Source: an uncultured Clostridia bacterium (lineage in GTDB: Bacteria; Bacillota; Clostridia; UBA1212; SIG427). From it: DNA of 58,981 bases. This document shows, piece by piece, positions 57,203 through 58,981 of the stretch. The translations under genes and the position numbers were made by a program. The notes under the pieces were generated by a model. The model worked only from the letters and a program-made list of their open reading frames with translations, did not search any database and had not been told where the DNA came from. The stretch lies in NCBI GenBank assembly GCA_945965275.1, contig CAMFNB010000002.1, forward strand, positions 1 through 58,981. The letters are read 5' to 3'. The stretch's first letter is position 1, and each line of letters begins with the position of its first letter.

Positions 57203-58708
57203 ATGGCAAAATTTTTCAATGAACCTTCACACACATTTAATGAGTATCTTTTAATTCCGGGACATTCTTCATCAGAATGCATTCCCGCAAATGTAAGTCT
57301 CAAAACGCCTCTTGTAAAATATAAGAAAGGCGAAGAACCGGCAATCACAATGAATATTCCCATGGTATCAGCCATCATGCAGGCTGTATCAGGTGACAGA
57401 CTCGCAGTTGCTCTTGCAACTGAGGGCGGTGTTTCATTCATCTACGGTTCACAGTCAATTGCAGACGAAGCTGCAATGGTAAAAAGAGCAAAAGATCACA
57501 AGGCCGGTTTCGTAACAAGCGATTCAAATATCACTCCGGAAAACACTCTTGCGGATATTATTGCTTTAAAAGAAAAAACAGGACATGCAACAGTTGCTGT
57601 AACTGAGGACGGAACATCACACGGAAAACTTCTCGGTATCGTAACAGGCCGTGACTACCGTGTAAGCCGTATGTCACCCGACACTAAGGTTGCCGATTTC
57701 ATGACACCTTATGAAAAACTCATCACAGCTCCTGACGGAACGACTCTTAAAGAGGCAAACGATATTATCTGGGATCACAAGCTTAATTCACTTCCCATCG
57801 TCGATGAAAACCAGTGCCTCTGCAACATGGTATTCAGAAAAGACTATGAATCACATAAGGCTCATCCCAATGAACTTCTTGATAAAGACAAGAGATATGT
57901 TGTAGGTGCCGGTATTAACACAAGAGACTACGCAGAAAGAGTGCCTGCCCTTTTAGAAGCAGGCGCTGACGTTCTTTGCATTGACTCATCCGAAGGTTTC
58001 TCAGACTGGCAGAAGCTTACGATCGCATGGATAAGAGATCATTACGGCGATACAGTTAAGGTGGGTGCCGGAAACGTTGTTGACGCAGCCGGTTTCAGAT
58101 TCCTTGCAGAAGCAGGTGCTGACTTTATTAAAGTAGGTATCGGCGGAGGTTCAATATGTATCACCCGTGAAACAAAGGGTATCGGTCGCGGACAGGCAAC
58201 TGCCCTTATTGATGTTTGCGCAGAGCGTGACAAATATTTCGAAGAAACAGGTATTTACATTCCTGTATGTTCAGACGGCGGTATCGTTTATGACCACCAC
58301 ATTACTCTTGCTCTTGCAATGGGTGCTGACTTTGTAATGCTCGGCAGATACTTCGCAAGATTTGACGAAAGCCCGTCAGCCAAGGTTACAATCGGCGGTA
58401 CATATTACAAAGAGTACTGGGGCGAAGGTTCAGCCCGTGCACGTAACTGGCAGAGATATGACCTCGGAGGCGACAAAAAGCTGTCATTTGAGGAAGGTGT
58501 TGACTCATATGTTCCGTATGCAGGTTCACTGGGAGACAACGTTGCAATGTCCCTTTCAAAGGTTAAATCAACAATGTGCAACTGCGGTGCCCTTACAATT
58601 CCGGAACTTCAGAAAAAAGCTGTTCTCACTCTCGTTTCTGCAACAAGTATTGTTGAAGGCGGAGCACATGACGTAATACAGAAAGAAAAGAGCAACCCGA
58701 TAAAATAA
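57203..58708 (+). CDS. guaB: IMP dehydrogenase
   Basis: 501 aa. It has a CBS pair inserted in a TIM barrel and the catalytic loop [12 protein letters not shown]. Confidence 0.92.
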   Translation: MAKFFNEPSHTFNEYLLIPGHSSSECIPANVSLKTPLVKYKKGEEPAITMNIPMVSAIMQAVSGDRLAVALATEGGVSFIYGSQSIADEAAMVKRAKDHKAGFVTSDSNITPENTLADIIALKEKTGHATVAVTEDGTSHGKLLGIVTGRDYRVSRMSPDTKVADFMTPYEKLITAPDGTTLKEANDIIWDHKLNSLPIVDENQCLCNMVFRKDYESHKAHPNELLDKDKRYVVGAGINTRDYAERVPALLEAGADVLCIDSSEGFSDWQKLTIAWIRDHYGDTVKVGAGNVVDAAGFRFLAEAGADFIKVGIGGGSICITRETKGIGRGQATALIDVCAERDKYFEETGIYIPVCSDGGIVYDHHITLALAMGADFVMLGRYFARFDESPSAKVTIGGTYYKEYWGEGSARARNWQRYDLGGDKKLSFEEGVDSYVPYAGSLGDNVAMSLSKVKSTMCNCGALTIPELQKKAVLTLVSATSIVEGGAHDVIQKEKSNPIK

Positions 58709-58733
58709 AGCGATTTGAAATTGCGGCTTGACG

Positions 58734-58777
58734 CCCGTGAGACTGTCTTTGAAGACGGTTTCGCGGGTGTTTTTTTG
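58734..58777 (+). terminator. Rho-independent terminator of the pur-guaB operon
   Basis: A 14-bp stem (with G-U pairs) CCCGTGAGACTGTC-TTTGAA-GACGGTTTCGCGGG is followed by TGTTTTTTTG. Confidence 0.8.
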
Positions 58778-58822
58778 TTGTTGAGGTTTTGCCTCTTTGA
58801 ATTAGTTTGATAATAATGATAT

Positions 58823-58904
58823 GGTTTCAAAAGGTTTCCTTTGGTTTCACTCAAAAAATGAAACTATTAAGCGGGAAGCGAAACTCTCTTTTAGGACTGA
58901 AACT
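58823..58904. repeat. Helically phased hexamer array: 3x GGTTTC at exactly 10-bp spacing, then 3x GAAACT at 19-20-bp spacing
   Basis: GGTTTC occurs at 58823, 58833 and 58843. GAAACT (the complement of AGTTTC) occurs at 58860, 58880 and 58899. TGAAACTAT is repeated at 58859 and 58898. The region is non-coding, downstream of the guaB terminator. Confidence 0.65.
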
Positions 58905-58981
58905 ATGCTAATCAGTTTGTCAAATCGGAATTTGTCAATACCTATTACCATAAAGATATTTATTTGAAATTCTCTTTTGTG

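Noticed and set aside
58843-58866. parS-like half sites (TGGTTTCAC ... TGAAACTA)
   Set aside because: parS is a contiguous 16-bp palindrome, TGTTTCACGTGAAACA. Here the halves are imperfect and separated by about 9 bp. They are better described as part of the phased hexamer array.
58916-58938. A CtsR-operator-like direct repeat (TTTGTCAA twice)
   Set aside because: The CtsR consensus is GGTCAAA-nan-GGTCAAA with a 3-nt spacer. Here the cores differ (TGTCAA) and are 15 bp apart.

Overview
This is a chromosomal segment of about 59 kb from a low-GC Firmicute. It is probably a Clostridia/Ruminococcaceae-type organism; that is inferred from gene order, a dockerin-bearing secreted protein and SD-type ribosome binding sites. 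Almost all of it is tightly packed core metabolism and cell biology.

Gene content, left to right:
- two tandem family-4-type uracil-DNA glycosylases, then folA-thyA-thrS (minus strand)
- a degenerate Dam-like ORF
- thrC, a TPR membrane protein and secA
- a translationally coupled pair of HD-domain (d)NTP/dNMP hydrolases
- a split chrA pair, deoD and a dockerin protein
- a MOP flippase, a SEDS protein, lgt and an M16 peptidase pair
- the rimP-nusA-ylxR-infB-rbfA-nrnA-truB/ribF operon
- the divIB-sbp-ftsA-ftsZ division cluster
- a compact UvrD-like helicase and a CaCA antiporter
- a pyrC-carB-pyrK-pyrD-pyrF-pyrE-pyrB-pyrI operon (minus strand)
- divergent from it, a ZTP-riboswitch-controlled purE-purF-purM-purN-purO-purH-purD-purL-guaB operon (plus strand)

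I found no CRISPR array, rRNA, tRNA, transposase, integrase or recognisable defence island, and no convincing novel multi-gene system.

The observations most worth following up:
1. The PurF homologue has Gly in place of the N-terminal catalytic Cys.
2. carB is translationally coupled to pyrC with no carA.
3. TruB and RibF are fused in frame.
4. An array of TACTAC palindromes with about 50-bp periodicity lies between ftsZ and the rimP promoter.
5. A Dam-like ORF has lost both the SAM-binding and the DPPY motifs.
6. The two UDGs are an Fe-S and an Fe-S-less paralogue sitting next to thyA/folA.
7. GGTTTC/GAAACT hexamers phased at exactly 10 bp lie at the right edge of the window.

All homology calls come from motif recognition by eye. 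No BLAST, HMM or RNA-folding computation was run.
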